From Dipteris shenzhenensis (lineage: Eukaryota), in assembly GCA_047967505.1 (NCBI GenBank), contig CM106538.1: a DNA stretch of 64,000 bases, one strand, 5' to 3'. The position numbers and the translations under genes were made by a program. This document shows positions 1 through 13,429 of the stretch, piece by piece (positions within the stretch are counted from its first letter, which is position 1; each line of letters starts with the position of its first letter). The notes beneath the pieces were generated by a model. That model saw only the letters and a list, made by a program, of their open reading frames with translations. It had not been told where the DNA came from and ran no database searches.

Positions 1-399
1 ATTGCTTCACAAATGTGTTGTTTGTGCCCTCTATTTCTCTCTCACCGTAAATCAAATCTATCACCTCTCCCACATAATGTGATCTTTCTTCGCAACATGT
101 GAAAATGGTTGCTTATTGTATCACAGCCTCCCATTGCATGATATCCTCAATGAATGGACCAACGAATGTAGGGTTTTGTAGCAAGATTTGGATCTCCCTT
201 GCTCCAACAACCTGAGTGCAATCTTTGATGTAACTATAGAGACAAGGGAGGGGGTTTCCATCCAATAGTAAATATTTGAAATACTTCACTCATATAGCAA
301 AAGGAAGCAAAGGTAACTTCCTTCTAACGCCAAATGAGACCAAGAAATTTTTTTGATAAAAATAAAATAAATCATTGAATGAATCAATTAGCAAAAATC

Positions 400-1275
<876 letters not shown>

Positions 1276-1767
1276 ACATACTAAATATGAAAAAAATTTA
1301 AAAATTGCCCACATATTTGTGTGCATGCAAGAGATGGTGAGGCTGTCTTGACCCACATCATGCCTGCATACACATGGGCATGTAAGCTATTTGTTGAAAA
1401 CATTTTCACATTTGTAGGGACACACACACACATGCATGCACATGCATGTGTACAGACACACAAAACTTGATACTAAATCTTATATATAAATGCCTTAATT
1501 TTTTCCCTTTGTATACTTATTTGCATTTTTTAATCCACACTTTGTATACATATTTTTTCATTTACCTAAAATGTTACAAATGTCACATTCAGCTAATTAA
1601 TTTGCAATTATTGAAAAAATATTAAATACAAATGAAAATAAAGAAACACAAATCTCATAATTTTGTTATTAAAAAAATGTTCAATTTAGTCAAACAAGAA
1701 GATTTTGATCATTGGTGTCATTATAAAAATTGCAACGAAATGTAACAACCACCAAATGTGAATCACT

Positions 1768-1999
1768 CTAGCTTGAAAGATGGATCAACCTTACAAGTTG
1801 CATGTCTTTGATCAACATAGTAACCCTTTTGGCATGGGCTATAGGAAAGTGTGTCCTCAAGAAGGGAGATCAGAGACAATTCACATGCCTCTTGCAACGT
1901 ATAAAGAGCCATGGATTGAATTTGGAGGCCATCTTTGAATTCCTCCATTATCTCCTTCATCAATAGAGTGGATGAAGCTCTCACAACAAAAGGCCCCAT
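1768..1999 (-). pseudogene. Divergent histone H3 histone-fold pseudogene (N-terminal tail missing, one frameshift)
   Basis: LLMKEIMEEFKDGLQIQSMALYTLQEACELSLISLLEDT aligns without gaps to H3 [39 protein letters not shown]. After a 2-nt deletion the frame reads IAHAKRVTMLIKDMQLVRLIH (H3: [21 protein letters not shown]). Confidence 0.85.
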
Positions 2000-2605
2000 A
2001 TGCTCCACTCTCGTGTAACTACGCGGGAACCAGCTAACTCTACTTGTAAGCCCCCCATATGAGGAGAAGGCATTTAAGTAGCTCGGTTATCTGGTAGGTC
2101 CTGGTTTGGACACCAGATGGGGGCCTGATGGCTGGACGGAGTTGGAACACTGCCAACTAGGCTACATGCAAGTGTAGTAAGGCATCCCATGACTGACTGC
2201 ATTGAGGGTAGATGGAGCATTTCCTGGGGCAACCCACTCTTGGGTTGCGAGGCCCGTTTGGAGCCCCAGATGATCCCAGATGGCTCTGGGCCGAATGGGG
2301 GCCGTAGGTTAGTTGCTCTATTTTGTGCCACGGTTCTATCGTGTGGTCGGTGGCCTATTTTGGGATCGACCCCCAGTCGGCCATTTTGGGCGGACTGGGT
2401 TGGTCACCCAATTGGGTTTAATCAACTATGACTGGTGGCTATATAAGAGCAAGCCCGTGAAGCCCATTGAATCACTGGCTATAGCAACCCTAATTCCTTA
2501 GCATCCAGCCTCCGTCCTCTACTATTTCCAGCTCGCCATTGAAGCTTCTTTCATAGGAGCGCACTGTTGGGAGGTAGCACCATCTATTGTATCAGTTTAT
2601 AGTAA
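2000..2605 (+). repeat. 5' LTR of the copia element, truncated at both ends
   Basis: Matches 6578-7190 of the 3' LTR. Lacks the first ~13 bp (TGTTAGATATCA) and the 3' end plus PBS, and runs directly into gag (TLWKFKMKTIL). Confidence 0.9.
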
Positions 2606-5600
2606 ACACACTTTGGAAGTTCAAGATGAAGACCATCCTAAGCGCATACGAGCTTTGGGATACTGCTACTGGGGTGGACATGAAGCCAGTCCCGAGAATC
2701 CAACCAATGCAGGACAATAGATAGTACCAATTGCAGATGAGATTCTCACGTGGACAAGAAGAAATGCAGATGCGCTGTGTTCTATTGTCTGCATTATAAG
2801 TGATTCTGTCATGGCATTAATTGGCATTAATTCAACATGTCACCATAGTAGAGGAGGCATGGACGGTCTTGAAAAATCAGTACGAGACCACGAATCAGAC
2901 GCGGATTTAGAATCTAAAGACTCAACTCACGAACGAGAAACTGTCTGAGTCTGAACCGACAGAGAAATTCATCACTAGGGTAAAGAATCTGCGCGATCAG
3001 ATGACTACAATTGGCATCACTATCACCAGCGAGAATCTAGCACGAAGGTGCATACGGATTCTCCCACCAAAGTACGACGGTTTTGTTACGGCACTGAATA
3101 CACAGAACGGAAATCTGCCCCTCAACTTTGAGGATTTCAGCGCAATGCTTCTGGAGGAGGAGATGCGTCAAAAGATAAGGACTAGAGAAGATTCGGCTTT
3201 CTATGCTAGATTAAAGAAAGGTAAGGGTAAGAACTCTAGTAACCCATCTTCTTCTGATGATAAAAAGAGAAAGAAGAAGATCAAGTGCTTCTATTGCAAC
3301 AAGGCAGGGCACAAGTAGAATGAGTGCTGGAAGAAGATTGTAGATGAGAAGAATGGAGTAAAGAAAGAGTCCAGTAATAGCGCATAGGCAGTACCAGTAG
3401 AGCTATTCGTAGCAAAAAAGGAGATTTGCATGGAGGCAGTTCAAGTACTAGTGGATGAACCTTAGATTATTGACAGTGGTGCATCGTGCCACATGACCAG
3501 TCGGAAGGATTGGTATACCTCTCTACATCCGGTAGGGAATGACATCCTAGTAGCAATTAGCAATGATGCAAAATGTATAGCAAAAGGAAAAGGTATGATT
3601 GCTCTCAAGTTAGATGGAGTTGTAAAATAGTTGTCCGATGTTCTTTATGTGCTAGATATCAAGAGGATCTTGTTGTCCGTCTTTGCGATCACAGATCGGG
3701 ACCTCAAAGTTCAATTCGATAAGAATGGTGCACAGACTTTGGATCTTCAAGGGAAGTCATCGGTAAAGGTACACGGCGCAACAACATCTATGAACTCTCA
3801 GCTTTCAGTGCTCAAGCCAATGTGAAGAACACTAAGTTGTGGCATGAGAGGTTTGGTCATCTAAACCTTAGTTCTTTAAAGGAGATGCATAAAAGTGGAA
3901 TGATTGCAAACCTACCAGAAATTATAGATCGGCCTAATGTATGTGAAGCTTGCATGATGGGCAAGCAGCATCGGTAGCCCTTTCCTAAAGAGGCCAGCAA
4001 GGCAAAGGCTCCTCTAGAGCTCGTTCACACGGACCTCTACGGAAAGATGGAGACGAAGGCTTTGGGTGGTTCCTACTACTTCATGACACTGATCGATGAC
4101 TACAGTAGAAGGATATGGATATACTTCCTGAAGACTAAAGATGAGGCTTTTAGTAAGTTCAAAAAATGGCATGTAATGGTTGAGAAAGAAACAGGGAGGA
4201 AGGTGAAGAAGTTGAGATAAGACAGAGGTGGTGAGTTCACATCAAGTGAATTTGAAAGTTACTGCAAAAAGTCACGGGATCAAGAGGCAGAAACCCCTGC
4301 CACATACATCACAGCAAAATGGAGTAGTAGAATGCAAGATGCACATCATCTATGAAATGGGCAGGAGTATGATGAAAGGGAAAGATTTGCCAAAGGCTTT
4401 CTGGGCTGAAGCATGTAACACGGCAATTTACATTCTAAATCATAGCTACACGAATGCTGTGAACGGGATGACTCCACTACAGGCCTTTTCTGATAAGAAA
4501 TCTTCAGCTGCACATTTCAGCATTTTTGGATGTGATTGTTTTGTGCATGTCCCTGATGCTAATAGGATCAAATGGGAACTGAAGAGCCGAAAGTGTATTT
4601 TCTTGGGCTATAGTGAAGAGGCGAAGGGTTACTGTCTCTATAACCCTGTTACCAAGAAGGTAATAGTAAGTCATGATGTGGTCTTCTCAGAACAGCATCA
4701 ATTGGAGGAGGATGCTTCCTTCCCAGACAACCAAGACTAGGATATCCATCCACTACAACCACCAACAGCAGACGTAACTCCCCTAATGGGGTGCTTAGGA
4801 GGATTCAAGATAAAGAAGAGGAAGAAGAGCCTATAGAACCACAATGGCAACGACCATTCCCAAAGTGGGTAAAGCAACTTCTAGACAGCAGAGAACCTCC
4901 AGCCATTGAGGAGGAACCATCCGAACACCACCGATCCAAGAGATTAGAGGAGCAAAGAAGGGCGCAGGAACACTTGGTCAACTATGCTTTGATGACAGAG
5001 GTGATCTGTGCTAAAGAACCCAAGTGTCTTGAAGAGGCATAGGGTGATGATAGTTGGATGGAGGCTATGAAGTCAGAGTATGGCTCCATAATGAAGAACA
5101 ACACTTGGGACCTTGTGGATCGACCACTAAAACACAAGGTAATGGGCACGAAGTGGGTGTACAAGATCAAGTACAAGTCTGACGGCATGTTGGATAAGTA
5201 CAAGGCTCAGCTCATGGCAAAAGGATTCGCACAGGTACATGGTTTTGATTATTAGGATACTTTTGCTCCCATAGCTTGACTAACCACAATTCACAGTGTT
5301 TTGGCGGAAGTTGGCCCGTGTTTCAGATGGATGTAAAATCTGCCTTTTTGAATGGAGATCTCAAGGAGGAGGTATACCTGGAATAACCACCAGGTTTTGT
5401 GATCCCCGCTTCAATCCTTGGTTCAAAAGGTAAAGTCTGTAAACTGAAGAAGGCACTTTACGAGCTGAAACAGGCCCCACGAGTGTGATGCCAGTGGATT
5501 GATGCCTAATTTCTACAAAACAGGTTCAGGAGGAGCCCATCTAATGCAAATTTATATATCTTTAGAGAAGGAGGCAGGTGTATGATCGTGGTCCTTTATG

Positions 5601-6564
5601 TAGATGACCTTGTCATAACAGGGAACCATGAAGAGAAGATCTCGCAGACAAAGCATTTGCTAGGAAGAGAGGTTGAAATGACAGACCTCGGACTGATGCA
5701 TTTCTGTTTGGGGATTGAAGTTTGGCAAGAGCCAAAACAGATCATCTCACAGCTAAAGTATGTTGGAGAGATACTGAAGGCATTTGGCATGGATGAGTGC
5801 AAAACAGTTGGCACCCCTATGGAGGTTGACATGAAGCTCTCAAACGAGGATTCATCACCTTGGTGGACGAAGCAAAGTATAGAAGGCTTGTGGGCAGTTT
5901 GATTTACTTGTGCAACACACAGCTAGACATCAGCTTTGTGACTGGTGTACTAAGCAGGTTTTCCAATAAGCCCCGGGAGAACCATTGGAGGGCAGGGATG
6001 TGGGTGCTGAAATACATCAAAGGCACACTTGATTATGGCATCACCTATACCACGGGCAACATCTTGACTGGATTCTGTTACTCGGATTGGGCAGGAGACG
6101 TGGACAGCAGGAGATCAGTGACAGGTTATTGTTTCTCACTTGGATCTGGAGCTGTGTCATGGGTCAGCAAGAAGCAACCTATAGTTGCTCTTTCTTCTAC
6201 CAAGGTTGAGTACAAATCAACATGCTTTGCTTCTTGCGAGGTAGTGTGGTTGAGGAGGATTTTAGGGGACATGGGTGCAGTGCAGAACAAGCCTACGTAG
6301 TTATCATGTGACAATCAGAGTTGCATGGTGATTGCAAAGAACCCTGTGTTCCACGCTCGCACAAAACACATTGAGATTCAATATCACTTTGTACGTGAGC
6401 TCATCATGGATGGAGAGGTCAACTTGGTGTACTGTCCGACTACAAAGAATGCTGCAGACATCTTCATGAAGGCTCTTGGAAGAGACTTGCTAGAGAGGCA
6501 TCTTCATTGACTTGGCATTGGGCCGAAAAAGTAAGTTCACTTGCGGGTGGACATTGAGGGGGGG

Positions 6565-7283
6565 TGTTAGATATCAATGCTCCACTCTCATGTAACTATG
6601 CGGGAACCAGGTAACTCTACTTGTAAGCGCCCCATATGAGGAGAAGGCATTTGAGTAGCTCGATTATCCGGTAGGTCATGGTTTGGACACCAGATGGGGG
6701 CCATGTGTGGCTTGATGGCTGGATGGAGTTGGCACACTGCGAACTAGGCTACATGCAAGTGCGAGAAGGCATCCCATGACTGACCGCATTGAGGGTAGAT
6801 GGAGCATTTCCTGGGGCAGTGTACTCTCAGGTTACGGGGCCCGTTTGGAGCCCTAGATCCCGGATGGCTCTAGGCTAAATGGGAACCGTAGGTAAGTTGC
6901 TATATTTTGTGCCACAGTTCTATCGTGTGGTCGATGGCCTATTTCAAGACCGACCCCTAGTCGACCATTTTGGGCGGACTAGGTCGGTCACCCAATTGGG
7001 TTTAACTAACTACAACTGGTGGCTATATAAGAGCAAGCCCATGAAGCCCATTGAATCACTAGCTACAGCAACCCTGATTCCTTAGCATCCAGCCTCCGTC
7101 CTCTACTGTTTCTAGCTCACCATCGAAGCTTCTTTCACAGGAGTGCATGGCTAGGAGGCAGTGCCGTCTATTGTATTAGTTTTATAGTAATCAAATTTTT
7201 GATTCTCCATACTATCTGCTTTTTTCTCTTGCATACGAGATCCTGTTATCTGTTGAGCACAGATGTTGTATTGTTTTCTTACA
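6565..7283 (+). repeat. 3' LTR of the copia element (TG...CA)
   Basis: Starts TGTTAG right after the PPT and ends ...TTCTTACA; homologous to 2000-2605. Confidence 0.88.
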
Positions 7284-7384
7284 TGGGATTGAGGCTACTT
7301 GAAAGAAAGGGAAATGTTATACTTAGGAGCCAATGCAGGATAGTAAGGGAGATGTAGATTCTATTGTTATATTAGGCACAACAC
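7284..7384 (+). repeat. ~100 bp repeat also found at 13315-13412; both copies end at CA-rich sequence
   Basis: tgggattgaggctacttgaaagaaaggg...ctattgttatattaggca is present at both positions. Confidence 0.92.
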
Positions 7385-10300
7385 ATCGTGAAAAGCTCAT
7401 CAAGATGACAAAGATCCTAACTTGATGGGTTTGTTTCCCTCTCCCCCAGGCACACACTTGGTTCACAGACCTTACCAAGGTTGAAGGACCCACTACGAGC
7501 CCCTTCTCAAGCATGCCAAGCTGTCATGACCATTTTCCATCAAAGGGTCCATGAGACCATTATTGGCCTAGACTCACAGGAATTAAAAGATCACCTAGAC
7601 TGGGGAAGATTACTGGCCTAAAAGATCACCTAGACTGGCCTGAAGTGCTTTATTCCCCAAGAGAATCTGCAATCTCGGCCCCAGCATAGTTTCTACAATA
7701 TGGAGGGGTTGTCTTAGGATGAAATCAGGACAAAATCTTCTCGGATTTGATGATGACTTCAGTGATGAATACTAGAAAAAGCTCTTGCCCTACATATACA
7801 AATCCATTCTTCCCGCCTAGAGTTCTAGAAGCGAAGCTCATGGCACATGATAACAAAGTATGGGACCTTCATAATATGAATCTGTTGGCCCCATTCCACA
7901 TTGACACTTGGCTGTTCCTCATAGATCTAATACAGTCCACCAAGAGCATCAAATAAGAAGCAAAATAGACAGCTCAAAATTTGGATATCCCTATTGTATA
8001 TAGCCATGTGTTGGCTAGCTTTTTCCCCATGGCTATGTTTGCATTTGGCAGATGCCCATCCCTATAGGAGTTTTTGGCACATGCAAGACCAGGATTAATG
8101 AAGTGGAAAGGGGAACTCCCAAATATGTCAATGACATTTTTAACGTGGGCAGACTATATATTAAGTGCATATGCAATGAGGAAAGAATGGACTGCAAAGC
8201 CCAATTGCTCTAGTTTGACCATGCCATTTGGTTCATCGTGAATAACTTGGTTACCTTCTTTTTGGGCAAACCACTGAAAACATGAGAGAGCTGATGCTTA
8301 TAGCAGTACAAAATTTGGAGAAGAGCCCTTCCTTGCCATTGCTCCCACACCTGTCCCCAGGGATATGTTCTTATGGAGAAAGAATTGTGAGAGGGCAGGA
8401 TACCAATAGCCATAGAGCAGCCAACTCCTCAAAACGGGGTAGATTCCAATCGCGTGGTGGAATGGGCTACGGAGAGCCAAGAATTCACAACCAACCCAAT
8501 CACATACCCCGAAGCAAATTGAATGGCAGAATAGTGCAAAGAGCTCAGTCCACTTGGACAGTCCACTTGGACATGGGAGAATCTCAGGTAAGACCTTCAA
8601 AGATTATGAGAGGCGGCAAGACAATGTCCTTTACACAAAATATCAATGTGAAATTACCAATGAGGCACCTCCTCTATGACGAGAAAGATTAATGTTTTGT
8701 AGGTATGCACCCTCCCCCCAAAGAGTTTTGTCCACCTCCCTCATGGTGAACTTACTTTAATCACTCGCCGCATGAATGTTAAAAAAGGGATTCATAACTT
8801 TGGAATTTGATAACCCCCTTCTTGATTATTTTCTGTAAAAAAGCTACTATCTGGATTCTATTTGGAGTACAATTCAATGGCTAGTGCATTCATAATGGAT
8901 GCATCTTACATCTGGTCCTTTAAAAAAAACTTGGGAGCAAAAATGATGGAACCGTGGCTATATTTTAGGGATAAAGGGAACATATCTTGCCACTGCCATG
9001 AGGCTGACATGGCAGAGTTTATAAACAAGAATTGGAACCATGTAGTAACCCTGGAGGTAGGCCTAATTAAGAATGAATAGCTTTGCAATGAATTACAGAA
9101 AGTCTGAACTATATAGATCTCGTGGGAGAAGTGGAAGGCACACTACATACATTGATGCAAGCTTTGTCCCAAGTACTAGGTTGGGTTAGTAAAGAGAAAA
9201 TGGATCACCTTCAAGGATTGACGAGACCCTTCAAAACATTTGCAAGGAACTTCTTAGAGCACTTCATTGTGTCTAAGTCACTTATAAGAGGGAAGACTTT
9301 ACCCTTTTCTTACTCTAGGGAGGTACATATAGAGATAGACCGGATTGTATTCAAGGTCCTAGTTACCTCCACGGATAATTCAGCATCCACACCGACATTC
9401 ATATGCATGGAGCTATCCTTCTACTTGGCATATGAGAGACTACACAGCTCAGACTTCATCCAAATCAAACATGAAGGCTCCCTTGACCGATTGGCAAAGG
9501 GCATCTTATCCTTCCAGATATGTCCACTTATTGAGAAACACTCATTACCCTACTTAATGTGCACATAAAAAGCACACAAAAGCTCCTTTAGGTGGATAAC
9601 AAATGCCCATGCATGTGTCTTCTCCGAGATAGCTGGGTTTATATCATCATCACTGCAAGCATGTTTGGAACCCCTTATGGCTGCTAGTGCAAACTTGCAT
9701 GAAGCAATCATGGATGACTTAGGCATCCCCTCAAAAGCCTTTTGGATTGTCAAATCGATATATGACACGAAGTTAAACTTGCCAATTTCCATAGCATGTG
9801 TATTCTTAGCTGATATTGGCAAGTGCTTCGAGAACATCCCCCTGCAGAGTGAGATGGGCCTCATCCAAGTGATGAGGTAGGTGATTTCACTTGCCTTCTC
9901 TTTTTCAGAGAAAGAGTTCACTATCCCCCTAAAACAAAAAGAAGCAGAGTGGTGGGACAAGAAACCATAGCATACCTCCGCTGCTTCGAATTAGGAACTG
10001 ATTGAAATGAACACTTGGCTCCTATGCAATATGCAGCTCTCTCTAGGAGGGGTGACCTATAGGCACATCTCTGGCATCCCCATTGGTTTTTCTTATTCCC
10101 CCCTTTGGTTCAACCTTTACCTTTTCTGGTTTGAATACAATTTCACCAAGAGACTATGGTACCACGGACAAGGGGAAGCACTGAAAAATTTCAAGCATGC
10201 AATGAGATACATGGATGAGATCCTCTTGATTAATGTGCCAAACCCAAGGTGCTTCCTTGACCCATCAGAGAAGGACCCAGATAACCCATATTGGATTTAC

Positions 10301-10879
10301 CCTTTGGATTTCATAGAGATCAAGGAAACCACTAAGGCATACTCCCCGAATACACAAGATGAATCTCGGGGGTCAAAGGTTTCCTTCTTGAACATGACCA
10401 TTACCATAGTGCACTCAGAGAATGGGGTGGCAGTTACGAGCAGGTTTGATAAGCTCGAGGAGCTTAATTACAAGGTTTGCCAATACATTTGGTAGAAGGG
10501 AAATAGACCGAAATCCTTTGTGAAAAAAGTTATCTTATTACAAGTAATGCCCATACTCTACACGTAAAGTGTAAATTTTAATGCCTTCGTGTAGATTGAG
10601 AAGCTGATGAAGAAATTTGAAGGAAATGGGTTTGATAAGCAGAGGAGCCGAGGATTGATACTCGAATTCCTAAGGAGCGAAGTCCCGAGAAGTTCCTTGA
10701 ACACTCGAGTGATAAGCCAATGGACGAGTAAGCACCTTTTACTCCAACTACCCCATAATGCATACACTATATTGAACCTAATGTGGGGTAGTGGTCCATC
10801 CCAATCTATTAGGATGGTTGGATGGCTACCGACACATGGACTGTGGTACTTAGATGGTTGTAGGAGTGCGGCTTGGTGG
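7385..10879 (+). mobile_element. Penelope-like retroelement (Naiad/Chlamys-type RT), pseudogenised
   Basis: Motifs in PLE order: CHC...HVVTLEVGLIKNE, STDNSASTPTFIC, LPYLMCT*KAHKSSFRWI, FWIVKS, ADIGKCFENIP, YRHISGIPIGFSYSPLWFNLYL, RYMDEIL, IYP, SFLNMTI, TSRFDK, NRPKSF...LQV, KKFEGNGF. The RT spans ~8980-10680. Confidence 0.8.
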
Positions 10880-11054
<175 letters not shown>

Positions 11055-12329
11055 CTCTTGCTCTCGAGGAAGAAATAATAGAGTAACCCAGGGGACCCTT
11101 AGGTTGAAACCCAAATCTAATCTAGGACATGTAATACTCCAAATGAGAGGGTGTAGTATACAGCTCCTATATGCCTGAATAACAGACCGAATATAAGCCC
11201 TTAGAGGTGGACATATACATTATGATGAAGCCCTGCATGATTAGAAAGGATATTTGGATTCATAGGAAAAGGATGAATAAGGGATGATCCTCACACCACC
11301 AACCCTGCAAGACCATGGAAGGTGCCTAGGTCAGTAAAAAAGTGCATTTATGTCACTGCGCCCAGCATGAAGTGTGCCAATGGGTGACTCTCACCTCTCG
11401 TATTACATACTCCCATCTCTAATATGGAGCCCTAGTTCTATGAGGCCCTCAGTCGTGATACCATGTGACGGGGATGGCTGGATGGGAGCTACCTTGAGTG
11501 CTCAACGAAGCACAAGGAACCCCCTATAAGTGCATCAACCTGGTAGATGTTAGGAGGAATGATGCACTAAGCTCCTACTTGCAAAAGCTGAGGGCATAGA
11601 TGAGCATAGGGAAGCCACACGTAGAAGCACATGTAGGAATCCCCTCTCGAAGCCCCTTGCCCAGAAGGTTTTCATGCATCGTCATTCAAAGCCCACTGTT
11701 CTCCTAGGCTTAGCTATTCGATTAGCATTATAGTAAGGGATGGGAACCCAAAGGTTCCTCGAGCTGTAGAACCAACTTACTAGCTCGTGGACTGCATGAA
11801 TAATGCTGCTTTTCCTTACGATCATGGAGTAGGAACACTTCATCGGCCACAGGGCTCTACAACATCAATTTGTAGAGTGCTAACAGGCAAGAACGTGAAC
11901 CCTCTCACTCATGGGTATTGAAGGTCCACCCACATATCGCGTGAGTCTGCATGCGAGCTTTTACATGTATGCGACACTACACTATTTGTTGTGAAGGATA
12001 ACATGCATAGAATCCTCTGCGGAGCATGTACAGCCATCGGTGACTATGAGAAGACTAAAGCGCCATAGCCATGCACCCATGAAGTAGAAAGCCCTTGACC
12101 CCTCATGTATCACCGCTGCTTTTGCACCATCTGATACTCATGTATTGTTCTCGCTTTGCATTTTTTGCTAGTTTTTTGCTTAATATAGTAGATACGCGTG
12201 GATTTATGCCTACAAACATTGGAAACACTTGAGAGAACACTTTTAATGCTTATTATGGCACTGTATGACTAGGTATTTGCATTGTAGGAGAACTAGCTTG
12301 GCTGTATCCACTCTCGCATGATTGGGACT

Positions 12330-13412
12330 TAGTCCAAATTCGGTAGGAGATGTCTCCTTATTCCCAAGATGGCTATAGAGAAAGGGTGCTCTTAAAATGA
12401 TTGGAAGTAGTGGAAAAACACTAATGTTTACATTGGAATTTTCTAAGCTCTTAGACAAACTATATGAATTTATTTACCATGAATACACGAAAGAAATGGT
12501 CTCTCATATAAATGATACACCTGTTGAATTCTCATGGTTTATTATTAGTAATGTACTCATGAGAAATGTTTCTAACTATGAACATTTTATGATAGCTTTA
12601 CTTCTTAAAAGGATTTTTGAGGATTAATATTTCTAATGAGCTCACTACAACTCTGTTGGATTAGACTCATCTCGTGGTAGCATCATTTCTTGGCTATCAT
12701 GTTGGTGACCCCTAGAAGTCATTATAATTAATTCATTCTTAATAGAAAATGCTGTGTTTGATAGCGATAACAACCATGGCTGGGCCTTGAAGCATGCAGT
12801 CCCACATTGCATTGTAGTCATGTCCTAACATGCGGTGCTTGTGGATGGATGCACATGAGTCTAGCTACCTATCTTAGCTTTTTGGTTTAAATGAAAGGAG
12901 GATAATGACATGCTTACCTACAAGATTGGTTCATTGTGTGATATTCCTGAAGGTAGGAATGGTTGTCATATAGAGTTGGCTATTTATTCCATTTTGACAA
13001 CCCTTGATAATATTTTGGGAAGCCCCCTATTGGATGTACCTAGATGGGGTTTGGTCTATCTACTGTAATGCATGTAATACTCAAATAGGACAGGGATGTC
13101 AGATACCTTGATTTATACCACTTGACTAAGCAAATTAGCGGTTATATTTAAGAACTTAATACACAAATGTCAGAAATTTCATTTTGCAAAATTCTTTTGA
13201 TAGCAGCTTGACAGTAACAATGTTAATATAATATAATAAGCTTGGATTGGAGAATGTCTTCAAGCATGTGTAGGTTTACTAATGTAAGCAGCAGCATTGG
13301 TTGCATTACTTGTGTGGGATTGAGGCTACTTGAAAGAAAGGGTATTGTTATACTTAGGAGCCAATGGATTGCAGTAAGGGAGATGTAGATTCTATTGTTA
13401 TATTAGGCAACA
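12330..13412 (+). mobile_element. 5'-truncated Penelope-like relic (RT C-terminal region and 3' end) ending in (CA)n
   Basis: FSKLLDKLYEF...DTPVEFSWFIIS...RNVSNYEHF...LLLKRIF resembles the PLE RT thumb region (KLYDKR...SNIP...ISQL.R...S...F). Ends at the CA tract at 13410-13426. Confidence 0.45.
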
Positions 13413-13429
13413 CGCACACACACACAGAG

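Larger units (their letters stand above)
2000..7283 (+). mobile_element. Decayed Ty1/copia LTR retrotransposon
   Basis: Gag with a CCHC knuckle (CFYCNKAGHK*NEC), protease IIDSGASCHM, LWHERFGHLN, integrase (QQNGVVE, FWAEACNTA), RT (YVDDL) and RNase H (SDWAG, RTKHIEI), in copia order. PPT GAGGGGGGG precedes the 3' LTR. Many stops and frameshifts. Confidence 0.96.

Noticed and set aside
1768-1999. Functional CENH3 or H3 gene
   Set aside because: Frameshifted, N-terminus absent, and loop 1 is not extended as expected for CENH3.
2074-2501. ORFs within LTRs (also 6879-7085, 29339-30123)
   Set aside because: They lie in LTR sequence and have no protein motifs; incidental frames.
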